Below are positions 8,349 to 17,703 of a DNA stretch of 64,000 nucleotides, piece by piece. Position numbers and translations under genes: made by a program. Position 1 is the first letter of the stretch. The number at the start of each line of letters is the position of its first letter. This DNA is from an uncultured delta proteobacterium (GTDB taxonomy: Bacteria > Desulfobacterota > Desulfobaccia > Desulfobaccales > 0-14-0-80-60-11): positions 462,400 to 526,399 of the forward strand of contig CAWCOX010000004.1 in the NCBI GenBank assembly GCA_963797235.1. Direction: 5' to 3'. The notes under the pieces were generated by a model, which saw nothing but the letters and a program-made list of their open reading frames with translations, was not told the DNA's origin and ran no database searches.

Positions 8349-10985
8349 TCATCCCTCCCCGTGTAAAATAAGCCCGGACCAAAAGTAGGGATGGGGCTCT
8401 TTGGCCCGCACTGCCTGCCGGGCGACCTTTAATGCCTCAATCTTGGGTTTCCCCTCCTTCAAGGCTTTATAAAACGCACTATAGAACTTCATGGACTCGT
8501 CTACCGGGATATTCCACAGGGACACCATGACGCTGCGGGCCCCCGCCTGCTGGAAGGCCCGGGCGAAGTTGAGCACCCCCTCCCCCTGCATCACCTGGCC
8601 TACCCCGGTCATGCAGGCGGCGAGGGTCACCAATTCGGCGTCCAACTTGAGCTGTAGCACCTTGCTGAAGGATAGAAAACCATCGTCCGGGGATTTATTC
8701 TCCACCTGGGTCAGTACCAGGGTGGGCTCTTGCACCCCGGCAAGCTTGTCCGCCAAAAACCCGTGAGTGCCGAAGAAGAGATAGCGATACTGCCCTAGGT
8801 TTTCATGGCGCACTCTGGTTTCCGTAGCGTAGACGTCCAGGAGCACCTGTGGCGGTTGGGGCTTTTCCTGGAAGAGGGCCGCCAATTCCAGCACGGTCTG
8901 CCGGGTCTCCGGCAGCGGCGGAAACTCCAGCCGGCCCCACCCCCGGTCGGTGGCCGCCATGGTCATAGCCTTCTCCGGCCCCGCATGCTTGAGTTCCCCC
9001 GCCTTCTCCGTGCCTGCCTTATAGGCCAGATAACGGCTGCTATCCTTGGTGTAGATGCAATCCCCCAGGGCAAAGAGGGCTTGAGCCGCGTGGGACGCTC
9101 CCAGGTGACGGTTCAGGGCCAGGATGGCGGCGGATTGAGAATAGGTTACCGGCCACTGGTCTCCCACCAAAGTGCACTTACCCCAATCCGGCCCCGCCTT
9201 CACCACCAAGGCCTCGAAGGGAAAGGCCCCCAGGGCGCCATCCGGCACGATGATCAGCCGGGTGCCGGGATTCACCCCGGACAGCGCTGGGGCCAGAAGA
9301 TCTTGATATAAGGAGGCCGCGTCGCTCACGCCAAAGCGTGACAAATCCTCCCGCCTCAAGACGCTCTTGCGAAAGGGCGCCAGCATGGCCCCCAGGCGCC
9401 TCTCCAGGGCTTCCTGCCCCAGGGCCAGGCGGAAGATCTGGGTCTTGCCACCGGGCTCCACCCGGAAGATGTAGCTCTCCTTCTCCCCCAGGGCATACTC
9501 TATCAGTACTTCCCCCGGCTTCAGGGGCAGCTCCTGGGCCTTATAGGGCTGGGGATACGCCATGGCGGCGTAACGGGGTTCTCGCCGACGCAGATCTGTC
9601 ACAAACCCTTCTCGTTCTTTTTGCAGGGCTTCAATTTTCCTCAGGAATTCCTGCACGGGCTGCTCTTTTCCTTCCCTCTTCCTCCCACGTTCTTGCATCC
9701 GTGCCAGCCTTTGTTCTTCTAGCTCCTGCAGGTTTTCCCGGAGACTCTTTTCTTTGGCTGCCAAGTCCGGGGGCAACTGCGGGGCTACCCGGGCCGCTCC
9801 GGCGGCCAGGGCCTCCATCAAGGACCGGGCCTTGATGGCCTCGGCAAAATAGAAGGCCGCGGCCGCGGGGTCCTGTCCATAAGTTTGCAAGCCCGGAGGG
9901 GCAGGTTCGCCTTTTAGGGCCATCTCCCCCAAAACCTCCGTCATCTCCCGGTAGGCCCGAAAATAGCCGCCCAGGAGGCCGGACTCGAAGAAACTCGTGC
10001 GTTCCCCCGAAGTTCGAGACCGCAGCCATTCGATATTCTTAATGGCCTCCAGGAAGGCGGCAAACGCCTCGGGCCGGTTTCCTAACCCTTTGAGAGCCAC
10101 CCCCTTTTGCGTGTAATACTGCGCCTGGTATTGGGCCCGGTTCCAAGGCTTGGGAGTAAGTTTAGAAGTCAAGAGGCTCAGTGCTGAATCGTACTTGCCG
10201 GTAGCCAAGTAGAGTTCCACCATCCCCATGTCGCCTTGCTTACCCGGGGCTCGGCGGAAAGTAGATTCCGCCTGGCTGTAATCCTTCTTGGCCAGATAGA
10301 GAAATCCCAGGTTTCTGAGACTCACCGTGGTCCAGAAGTTTTCCGGTCCCAACGTCTTCTCCCTGATCTCGGCGGCCCGCCGGGCCAGGGGCAAGGCCTG
10401 GTCATAGGACCCCATCTGGGTATAAAGGGTCACCAGGTTGTTCAGGGCAGCTGCGGTCTGCGGGCCTTCCGGCCCCGAGACCTTCTCGCTGATCTGCAAA
10501 GCTCGCTGGCTCAGGGCCAGGGCCTTGCCATGCGCCCCCATCTGCCCATAAATAGAGGCCAGGACCATCAGGCTTTGGGCGGTCCGAGGGTGTTCCGGCC
10601 CCAAGGCCTTCTCGCTGCGCTGCAGGGCCTGCTGGGCCAGGGGCAGGGCCTGGTCGAAGGAGCCGAGCTGAGAATATAACCAGGCCAGACGGGCCATGCT
10701 GGCGATGGTGAGGGGATGGTTCGGCCCCAGAGCCGTCTCGCTGAGCTTCAAGGCCTCCTGGAACGGGCGGAGGGCGCGTAAGAACATACTACTGTCCACA
10801 TAATTATTGCCCTCTTTAAGCAGTTCCTTGACCTTGGCCACTTCCGGCTTCTGGCCGGCGACCGGCGTCTCTTCATCCGCGGCGGGCTGAGGAGCTGCCT
10901 GAGAGCCGATTTTCTTGGCATAGCCGGAAGTCCCCGGCAAACCGAGGAACATGAGGCAAACGCAAATGGAGATAAGCCGGCGCAT
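8349..10985 (-). CDS. Secreted TPR-repeat / CHAT-domain (caspase-like) protein
   Basis: 878 aa. N-terminal signal peptide (MRRLISICVCLMFLGLPGTSG). About 5 TPR units (..ALGPNHPLT.. repeated). C-terminal CHAT region with a His/Cys dyad context (..FFGTHGF.., ..LAACMTG..). GGGAGA RBS. Confidence 0.85.
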   Translation of the reverse strand: MRRLISICVCLMFLGLPGTSGYAKKIGSQAAPQPAADEETPVAGQKPEVAKVKELLKEGNNYVDSSMFLRALRPFQEALKLSETALGPNHPLTIASMARLAWLYSQLGSFDQALPLAQQALQRSEKALGPEHPRTAQSLMVLASIYGQMGAHGKALALSQRALQISEKVSGPEGPQTAAALNNLVTLYTQMGSYDQALPLARRAAEIREKTLGPENFWTTVSLRNLGFLYLAKKDYSQAESTFRRAPGKQGDMGMVELYLATGKYDSALSLLTSKLTPKPWNRAQYQAQYYTQKGVALKGLGNRPEAFAAFLEAIKNIEWLRSRTSGERTSFFESGLLGGYFRAYREMTEVLGEMALKGEPAPPGLQTYGQDPAAAAFYFAEAIKARSLMEALAAGAARVAPQLPPDLAAKEKSLRENLQELEEQRLARMQERGRKREGKEQPVQEFLRKIEALQKEREGFVTDLRRREPRYAAMAYPQPYKAQELPLKPGEVLIEYALGEKESYIFRVEPGGKTQIFRLALGQEALERRLGAMLAPFRKSVLRREDLSRFGVSDAASLYQDLLAPALSGVNPGTRLIIVPDGALGAFPFEALVVKAGPDWGKCTLVGDQWPVTYSQSAAILALNRHLGASHAAQALFALGDCIYTKDSSRYLAYKAGTEKAGELKHAGPEKAMTMAATDRGWGRLEFPPLPETRQTVLELAALFQEKPQPPQVLLDVYATETRVRHENLGQYRYLFFGTHGFLADKLAGVQEPTLVLTQVENKSPDDGFLSFSKVLQLKLDAELVTLAACMTGVGQVMQGEGVLNFARAFQQAGARSVMVSLWNIPVDESMKFYSAFYKALKEGKPKIEALKVARQAVRAKEPHPYFWSGLILHGEG

Positions 10986-11020
10986 ATTATTCTCCCATGA
11001 CCCTGCTTAGGGTAAGTTAG

Positions 11021-11749
11021 CTAACGGCTCGTCGCGGCTTGGGAACGGACCCAGGCCTTCAGGTCATTCAGGGCCGCGTCTCCCGGTCGTTTTTGCAGCA
11101 TGGCGTCCACCACTTTGGCCATTTCCGGATACTGTTTATATTCGGCCAGAATGCTGAAAAAATACAATTCCGGGGTGACATCGTCGGCTGCGGTGCCTTT
11201 CTCTAAGTCCCGATAGACCTTCTCGGCTTCCTTGATTTTTCTTTGAGCCTCACTGGAGAGTGGCGCCGCGGTCTTGGCCACCATCTCGCCCCTGGACCCC
11301 ATGGTCTGAATGACTCCTGATTTACTCATACTGGCAGGGCACAAAAGGGGCGCCCCCTCCAACTGCCTGGAGGCTTTGCCGGGGAAGATCTTCACCTCCG
11401 GCTGGGGTGCTGGCTGCTTTCCGGCCACCACCTTGCTCTCTTGGTCGCCGGCCATTAAAGTCACCGGACCTTTCCAGGTTTCTTGCCGACCGCTGGCAAA
11501 ATAGAGGAGTGTCAGGGAAGTAGCCGCCGGAAGCTTGAGGCGGTCACCCTGGCGGACCTTCATAAAGGCCTGCACCTTGGCAGGCTCCTGATTCTCGCCT
11601 TTATTCCTGTATATGGCCGCACCGGTGAGTTTGGTGATCAGCCCCACATCCGGCAAGGATGTTTGGGCCGCCACGGGTGCCGCCAGAAGAGAGGTGAACA
11701 CCGCCAGGCAAAAAAAACCAGTGTACTTCATTCTACGTTTGGCTTTCAT
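11021..11749 (-). CDS. Secreted FecR-like domain protein
   Basis: Start at ATG 11749 with a GGAGGA RBS. Signal peptide (..FFCLAVFTSLLAAPVAAQ). The segment ..GAAIYRNKGENQEPAKVQAFMKVRQGDRLKLPAATSLTLLY.. resembles the FecR beta-sandwich. Lies 14 nt after the cyclase stop and 35 nt before the CHAT start. Confidence 0.5.
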   Translation of the reverse strand: MKAKRRMKYTGFFCLAVFTSLLAAPVAAQTSLPDVGLITKLTGAAIYRNKGENQEPAKVQAFMKVRQGDRLKLPAATSLTLLYFASGRQETWKGPVTLMAGDQESKVVAGKQPAPQPEVKIFPGKASRQLEGAPLLCPASMSKSGVIQTMGSRGEMVAKTAAPLSSEAQRKIKEAEKVYRDLEKGTAADDVTPELYFFSILAEYKQYPEMAKVVDAMLQKRPGDAALNDLKAWVRSQAATSR

Positions 11750-11763
11750 TACCGCTTCCTCCG

Positions 11764-13653
11764 TCAGGAATGCTCCTCGGCTTGCTTTAGACCCTTCACC
11801 TCCAGGACTTCCACCGGTTCCCGGCGGCCCTTGACCCGTACTTGCTTCGCCCCGCCCGTCACCACCCACGGCCCCGCCGCCTTGATCGTATCCGCGCTGG
11901 CCACAATGGTCCAACCTAACTCTTTGGTGAGGCTCTCCAGCCGCGACGCCGTGTTAACCGTATCCCCGATGGCGGTGAATTCGAAACGTTTGGGCGAGCC
12001 GACATTGCCCACTACCACCTCGCCCGTATGGAGTCCGATGCCGATATGGAAATCCTGCCAATCCCGGTCGGGAAAACGCCGGGCTATCCAAGCCTGGAAG
12101 TCCGAGGCCCTTTCGGCCAGAGCCAGGGCCGCGGCAATCGCCCGCCGGGCGTGATCGGGGTGGGGAGCCGGCGAACCAAACACCGCCATAATAGCATCGC
12201 CGATAAACTTGTCCACCGTGCCGCCCTGCTCCAGGATCGGCTCACAGGCCCGGCTGAAGTAATTATTTAGCAGCTCCACCACTTCCTGGGGGGCCAGTGA
12301 TTCCGACATGGGGGTGAAATTTCGGATGTCGGAAAACAGGACCGTCACCGTCACCGCCTCCCCTCCCAGATCGGGCTGCTTGCCGGTAGCCAGAAGCTTC
12401 TCCACCACCTCATCGGAGACGTAGCGCCCAAAGATCTGCCGGAGTCGGGTTCGCTCCCGTTCTTCCCCCGTGAGCCTCAGCCCCAGGACCCCCAGATAGC
12501 TTGCCAGAAGGCCTAGTTGAGGAATGGCCACGGGCATCAGCCAGTCGCGGCGAAACCACAGGTAGGCGAAAACCGCCACCATAACTGCCAGCAGACCCAG
12601 AGCCGCCAATCCCTGTCGAGGAGAAAGTTTGAAGAACACCGCGGTTCCTACGATCAGCACCATTAACAGGTAAATCAGGCGCCTGAGGGCAGAAACCGGC
12701 CGGGGAAACCGTCCCGTCAGGAGGGTCTCCACGATGTTGGCGTGGACTTCCGGGCCGCTCATAAAGCGGGCCGGAAAATTCATAAACCCGCGGCTATACG
12801 GGGTCTGATGAATGTCTTGAACGCCTGTCGGCTCATAGGCAATAATGACGACTTTATCCTTGAGGCCCTGGATTTGGGGATCAGATTCGGCCCCGGGATT
12901 GAGCAAACGCCGGAAAGGGACGCGAGGGACAGTGCCGGGGGGGCCGCTAAACCGGATGAGGGAAAGAGGAGGAAAGAGGCGAGCGCGGTCCCCGGGTGCC
13001 GCCCGCTCCGCCAGGAGAGCGGCAAAAGTGCCCCAGCTCTCGCCTTCATTCGTAGGGATGGCAGGCAGAAATCGACGGATTACCCCATCAGGATCTTGGA
13101 AAAAATTGACTAACCCCACGTCCTCCAGTTTCCCCGGCAATGAACCCCAGTAGTCGGGAAGAGGCAGGAGGATCTTCGCCTTGCCCTGCGTTTCGGCGAT
13201 CTTTTCTGCCGCCAGGATTGTCTTGCCGGCGGCCAGTTGTTCCCTGAAAGCCAGGTCGTAGGTGCGGCTCTGGCCGCTTTCCGTCAATTTCAGCCTTTTC
13301 AGCCACGATTCCGCGCTGACCGAAAAGAGAAAGTCCAGGCCGATGACCTTGGCCCCGGCCTGTCGCAAAACCGCAAGCGCTCGGGCAAAGTGGGGGCTCC
13401 AGAACACCAGGGGCTCGTCCTGGTGCTCCAGCCGCGTCTGGTCATCAATAGCTACGATAACGACATGCTGGGGCTGGTACTGTAGGCCCGCCACCTGGTG
13501 CCAGACATCGTAATACCAATCTTCAGCGGAGTTAAACCACCCCATCCGCTGTGTCACTTCCAAAGCTCCGCCGATAAAGATAATTAGAAGCACAACGCAG
13601 AGGAATTTTCTATGCATTGATACCGTCAATAAGGGTCCTAAATTTGTCCCCAT
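11764..13653 (-). CDS. CHASE2-sensor class III adenylate cyclase
   Basis: 629 aa. N-terminal TM, a periplasmic CHASE2-like region, 3 TM segments, then a cyclase domain (..VTVLFSDIRNFTPMSE.., ..VDKFIGDAIMAVFG.., ..FTAIGDTVNTASRLES..). The Lys/Asp specificity pair suggests ATP as substrate. An alternative start is at 13617. Confidence 0.85.
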   Translation of the reverse strand: MGTNLGPLLTVSMHRKFLCVVLLIIFIGGALEVTQRMGWFNSAEDWYYDVWHQVAGLQYQPQHVVIVAIDDQTRLEHQDEPLVFWSPHFARALAVLRQAGAKVIGLDFLFSVSAESWLKRLKLTESGQSRTYDLAFREQLAAGKTILAAEKIAETQGKAKILLPLPDYWGSLPGKLEDVGLVNFFQDPDGVIRRFLPAIPTNEGESWGTFAALLAERAAPGDRARLFPPLSLIRFSGPPGTVPRVPFRRLLNPGAESDPQIQGLKDKVVIIAYEPTGVQDIHQTPYSRGFMNFPARFMSGPEVHANIVETLLTGRFPRPVSALRRLIYLLMVLIVGTAVFFKLSPRQGLAALGLLAVMVAVFAYLWFRRDWLMPVAIPQLGLLASYLGVLGLRLTGEERERTRLRQIFGRYVSDEVVEKLLATGKQPDLGGEAVTVTVLFSDIRNFTPMSESLAPQEVVELLNNYFSRACEPILEQGGTVDKFIGDAIMAVFGSPAPHPDHARRAIAAALALAERASDFQAWIARRFPDRDWQDFHIGIGLHTGEVVVGNVGSPKRFEFTAIGDTVNTASRLESLTKELGWTIVASADTIKAAGPWVVTGGAKQVRVKGRREPVEVLEVKGLKQAEEHS

Positions 13654-14381
13654 TAGAGCATCATTGGGTCACTTAGTAAAGACTTCTGAACTAAAATTGT
13701 AAATTATGGGGATAGATAGCATGCTCTAATTATCGGGCTGAATCAGGCATGGCAATTAAACATGGCTAACCAATCCCTTGGTCAAAGCAGGCGCAAGAGT
13801 TTCATACCGCGCCCGGAGCTGGCATATCCACGTAGCCTCTGCCTTTCCATTGGCTCACGACTATCGGGCAGTGCTGGCCTGGGGGCCTTAAGCTCTAGTC
13901 TAAAAATGGTTTTGGAGACCCTCATTCCGAGATTTATGCCAAAAGAATCAGTCTATTCTCGACGCGCCCCAATTTTTTAGTTAAGCATGAACTTGATAAA
14001 GTCAAATTTATCTCAGGTTCAAAGCGTAATAAACATCAATGAGCAAGTGCATATTTGTGACCTAAGAACCACTGCTTCCTCTTAGCACCATATCTAGTTG
14101 CATCCACTAAAGAGCTGAGGTCACTTGGATATTGCTCCTCAAGGTATGGCAAAGACTACAAATATCCCAAAGACCGTTGAAAGTTATCTTGCCAAATCTT
14201 ATTCTATAATCGGATCGGCAAAAAATTTAGATATGATTGGATAATGGGAAGTTACTGGACGCCTTATAAGTCCAGGACCATAGTCGATCGCAACACCTAA
14301 AGCTACACCCACGCCTCATCTCAAGCCAATCCACTCATAAAACCAACTTTTTAAATGTCATCCACCTGGTTCCCTCAATCG

Positions 14382-14471
14382 GGCAATCAGGTTCTTTTGG
14401 CATTTTAATCTGAGGCAATTAGCCATTTATGACCAGAGGCAATTAGCCGATTTGACCACGGGCAATTGGCC
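14382..14471 (+). repeat. Four direct GGCAATYRG(CC) boxes upstream of the decayed riboswitch locus
   Basis: GGCAAT occurs at 14382, 14414, 14438 and 14461. The middle units are a ~24-bp tandem repeat (GAGGCAATTAGCCATTTATGACCA / GAGGCAATTAGCCGATTTGACCAC). Each box is near-palindromic (GGCAATTAGCC). Confidence 0.6.
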
Positions 14472-14540
14472 GATTAGCCCATGTGAAACTAATAACAATG
14501 ACTTTATATTGTTGGCAGTTGCAAATATTAATGCTTTTCC

Positions 14541-14641
14541 AGAAAAGCCAAACCCGTCGCGAGGCGAGGGCGGAAAGCCACGGGTCTCATGGATGGAGAC
14601 AGCCGGGTCGCCTGGAAGCATAACCCGGGATCCATTTTTTA
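14541..14641 (+). promoter_or_regulatory. c-di-GMP-I (GEMM-I)-like riboswitch with intrinsic terminator
   Basis: RNA reads GCCAAACC-CGUC-GCGA-GGCG-AGGGCGGAAAGCC-ACGGGUCUC..GAGAC-AGCCGGGUCGCC, followed by hairpin CCGGGU..ACCCGG plus U6. It has the same blocks as the copies at 57.4 and 57.6 kb. It also resembles the Vc2 aptamer as I recall it (CAAACC, GNRA hairpin, GGGACGCAAAGCC, AGCGGGGUUACC). Confidence 0.7.
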
Positions 14642-14836
14642 CTTCCGGTCGCATCACGGAGCGACAGAAAAGGCGTCTTCGGCGTCAACCCCGCCGCCTT
14701 AGTTTTAGCAGGCGGAGTCCAGGTAGCATCCGACGTCGAGGCGGCACCCGTACCCATACCGCCCAGCGCCCTCCTCCTGGGTTCGGGCCTGCTGGGCCTG
14801 GTGGGGCTGGGCTGGAGGCGTAAGAAAAGCCAATAA
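14624..14836 (+). pseudogene. PEP-CTERM protein remnant (C-terminal sorting signal only)
   Basis: The open frame has no start codon and ends ..AAPVPIPPSALLLGSGLLGLVGLGWRRKKSQ*. The tail is ~80% identical in nucleotides to that of the gene at 55498-56193. It lies directly after the riboswitch terminator. Confidence 0.7.
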
Positions 14837-14864
14837 ACTAACCTTTGCAAGCTGAGAAAACGCC

Positions 14865-14893
14865 GGCAGGGCCAGAAATGGCCCTGCCTTTTT
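14865..14893 (+). terminator. Rho-independent terminator
   Basis: GGCAGGGCC-AGAAAT-GGCCCTGCC followed by TTTTT. Confidence 0.75.
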
Positions 14894-15470
14894 GTGGCCA
14901 CAATGCACGCGGAGGGGCAAAATTGGGCGGACAGCTGACGAGAAGGTTGCTCTTTTCCAAGGTAGCCTTGCTCCAGAAGTTATATGAAAGTAATCACTCT
15001 TTCTATTAAAAAAGCCGGGGATTTAGCTGCTCATCTTTTTGAAGATGGGCCTTCTAAAGTTCCCCGGCTTCCGGCCACGGAGAGCGCTGCACCTTCCACT
15101 CTGCCAACGTCTGTCGACAAGTCCTCTGACTTTGTCCGGGACGTTCCGTAGCTCACAGATTGTTCAGCCAGGAGGGGCGGCCAACTTCCTCATTATCCTC
15201 AACTCAAGCTACCTTGCCTGAGCAGGCTAACCGGAGACCTTTCCGGAAATCAGGCTGAACGACCTGTCAATCATCTGATAATCATCTATGCGAGAAAGAC
15301 AAGGTGACGTAAGTAAATAATCCAACGTTCTGACCAACTCCAGAGCATAAAATCAAAGGATAGACTGAAGATATGATCCAGATAGGTAGAATTTTCAGTA
15401 CCTTGATAGTGTCGGATCATAGCAGTTATCTTTATGCTGTTATCCTCGAAGCAGAAAGATCTGTGCAGGA

Positions 15471-15887
15471 CTAAAATTCGTAACGCAGGTTGGCGTTGAC
15501 GTATTGGACCATAGAGCCGGCCCGGCCTACCTCGGCGTTGTAATTGACTTGGGCTTAAAGGTTTTCCTTTAGCCTTGCAGTGATGCTTGCTCCCACCAAC
15601 GCGAGGTTCCGTTTGGCTGCGTCAGTCTGAAAAATGGAGGTGCTGCTCCCCTGACTGCGGCTGGCGTTGAGGCCCCGGCCACCGTTGGCAAATTCGTGTT
15701 GATCTAGGGCATTGCCCTGAGGGGCTACCTTCACCGAGGCCATCTTGAGGGGAATGGTAACTCGCCCGCCCTGCCCGGTTTGCAGGGAATGATGAGTAGT
15801 GATCCACTGCTGAGCAAACCAACCGTGGATCTGACGGCATCTACGCAATTTTCTAGAACGAATACTCCAACCCGGCGGTGACTCCAT
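15471..15887 (-). pseudogene. Outer-membrane beta-barrel fragment with an in-frame TAA
   Basis: The ORF ends ..NLALVGASITARLKENL* at 15555-15557. The same frame continues AQVNYNAEVGRAGSMVQYVNANLRYEF*, a typical OMP C-terminal strand ending in Phe. There is no signal peptide, and it overlaps the end of the upstream OMP gene. Confidence 0.45.
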
Positions 15888-17079
15888 GCAAAAGCACGCC
15901 GGAACCGCAATTGACGCCGTGGGCAGTCACCGTAGCCGGCCCGGTTTCATAGGTTTCCTGGATCTGTCCCGGCGCCAGAGCCACGCCGTGGAGCCAGAGC
16001 GCCTGGTAACCGAGCTTGAGTGCAAGCCCCATGGCAAATTGATATTTGCACCGCAAGCCGGCTTCACCGACGAAGGCGGCGTGGTTGGTCTTGGCCCCCG
16101 ATGGGTACACGACCTTTTCGAGGCTGACCCCGGTTGACTCTGAGGCATGGTTCCAATACCCACCGACCTTTATCAATCCGCCAATCGAAAAGCGGCCACG
16201 TTCGAATAATTTCCCAACAGCACCGATCTGGAGGCCATAAAGATTGTTGGTTGTGCTCGTATTCCAGAAAGGCGGAAATGTTCCGGTGACAGGTATGCCC
16301 CGAAGATTTTCAATCCGTGCGACATCGAAAAGATTGAGATTCGGATCGAACTTCCATATAGGCAGAAGGCGATCCGGGGGTGGTATGGTCCCTTGAAGAT
16401 TTTCATTCAGTTGCAGCCAGCGAAATCCGGCCAGCACGGTTATCCAATTCGAGAGATTATACCGCACGTTGAATTCCGCATTGTAAAGTTCCGTGGAGTA
16501 GTCCCAGGTCATTGACTGGTATGAAAAATCCTGAGTTTGAAAAAAGCCGGGGGCCCTCATCACCAGCCAGTTCGGCGGATTATCCGGACCAATGGATCGA
16601 GTGGAGTCCCAGCCGCTGATGCGAAAGAAAGATAATTCTGCACCAAACTTGGAATCGGCATGGTAAGTCACGCCCACTCTGAATCCAGGGGAAAAGCCCT
16701 GATTCAGATCGCTGCTGTTGAGAGCCGGAGTGCCGGGGGTGGTCGGGATCCTGGCGAAAGACACGTCGCCCGGCACTCGCTCAACTAGCGTCCGACTTGC
16801 CGTGCCGACACGGTCGAAGACGATCGTTTCCGCAGAGACGGTCCAGCGCGGCGGGTGAGACGACCGGGAGGAATCGGCATCGTTGGGGCCGGCGTCTTGA
16901 TTGGCGTTGGCTTCCGGGTGACTGAACGCCGTGGTCCCCGTCGCGTCATGTCGGAAATTCCCGCTATCCGGGGTGCCAGCGACAGGGGCATTGAACTGGT
17001 TGACCTCTGCCGCCCCGGCTACGCATGGTGTGGACAGGGCGAAGATCGCCAGCAGTGTTGCCGAAATAAGTTGTTTCAT
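15853..17079 (-). CDS. Outer-membrane beta-barrel (porin-like) protein
   Basis: 408 aa. Signal peptide MKQLISATLLAIFALSTPCVAGAAE. Alternating amphipathic strands. C-terminus ..GVTAGLEYSF. Confidence 0.65.
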   Translation of the reverse strand: MKQLISATLLAIFALSTPCVAGAAEVNQFNAPVAGTPDSGNFRHDATGTTAFSHPEANANQDAGPNDADSSRSSHPPRWTVSAETIVFDRVGTASRTLVERVPGDVSFARIPTTPGTPALNSSDLNQGFSPGFRVGVTYHADSKFGAELSFFRISGWDSTRSIGPDNPPNWLVMRAPGFFQTQDFSYQSMTWDYSTELYNAEFNVRYNLSNWITVLAGFRWLQLNENLQGTIPPPDRLLPIWKFDPNLNLFDVARIENLRGIPVTGTFPPFWNTSTTNNLYGLQIGAVGKLFERGRFSIGGLIKVGGYWNHASESTGVSLEKVVYPSGAKTNHAAFVGEAGLRCKYQFAMGLALKLGYQALWLHGVALAPGQIQETYETGPATVTAHGVNCGSGVLLHGVTAGLEYSF

Positions 17080-17703
17080 CTTCCCCGTTGCAAAGATTCC
17101 TTCAGAGATGACGGTAAAGGGTTTAAGTTGAGATTTTGCGCAACCTGGGCCACCATGTCAAAAGGATTTGGGGAGCCCTGGCCTGGAGAAATTCCCCCAG
17201 TCTCTGTCCTTAAATCCGCATCCTCTCTTCGACGGCAGGATAGCAAAAATTTTGTTAGAAAAGTAATTTTTCCCGAATGATGGCATATTAAATTTCTCCC
17301 CTAGCCCGCCTTTTTCATGAAGTTTTAAAGATATGAGACAACCCATTGAATCGCTGATGAAAATTCGGGAAGGCGAAAAAGCAGAGTGTTTTTTGCACAG
17401 GCTGGCAAGCCTGTGCCACCAAGTTCTTTGAAGTTTGGTGAATTATTCTGGATAGTTGTATTTACGGGAGAATACCAAGGTACTTGCCACTATCCGCTCT
17501 CCTGAGATCTTTTCAATGATTCGAATATGGGAATCTTTTTGGACAAGCCTCGGGTTTAAACCATTAGAGCCAAAATGAACGATCCCTTCACCGTCGAGGA
17601 GCGAGAGGCCATCATCATGGGCTTCCAGCGATATGCCCCCCACTAGGTCAACTACGTGGCCTCGCGCACCTGGGCTTGGCGCAGCATCATGCGGAGATTT
17701 GGA

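Noticed and set aside
17443-17643. A 66-aa minus-strand ORF in the low-GC gap between the OMP gene and cyoE (..DSHIRIIEKIS.., faintly like DUF497/BrnT toxins).
   Set aside because: The resemblance is limited to a 5-6 residue patch. There is no RBS and no partner antitoxin ORF. It is probably debris.
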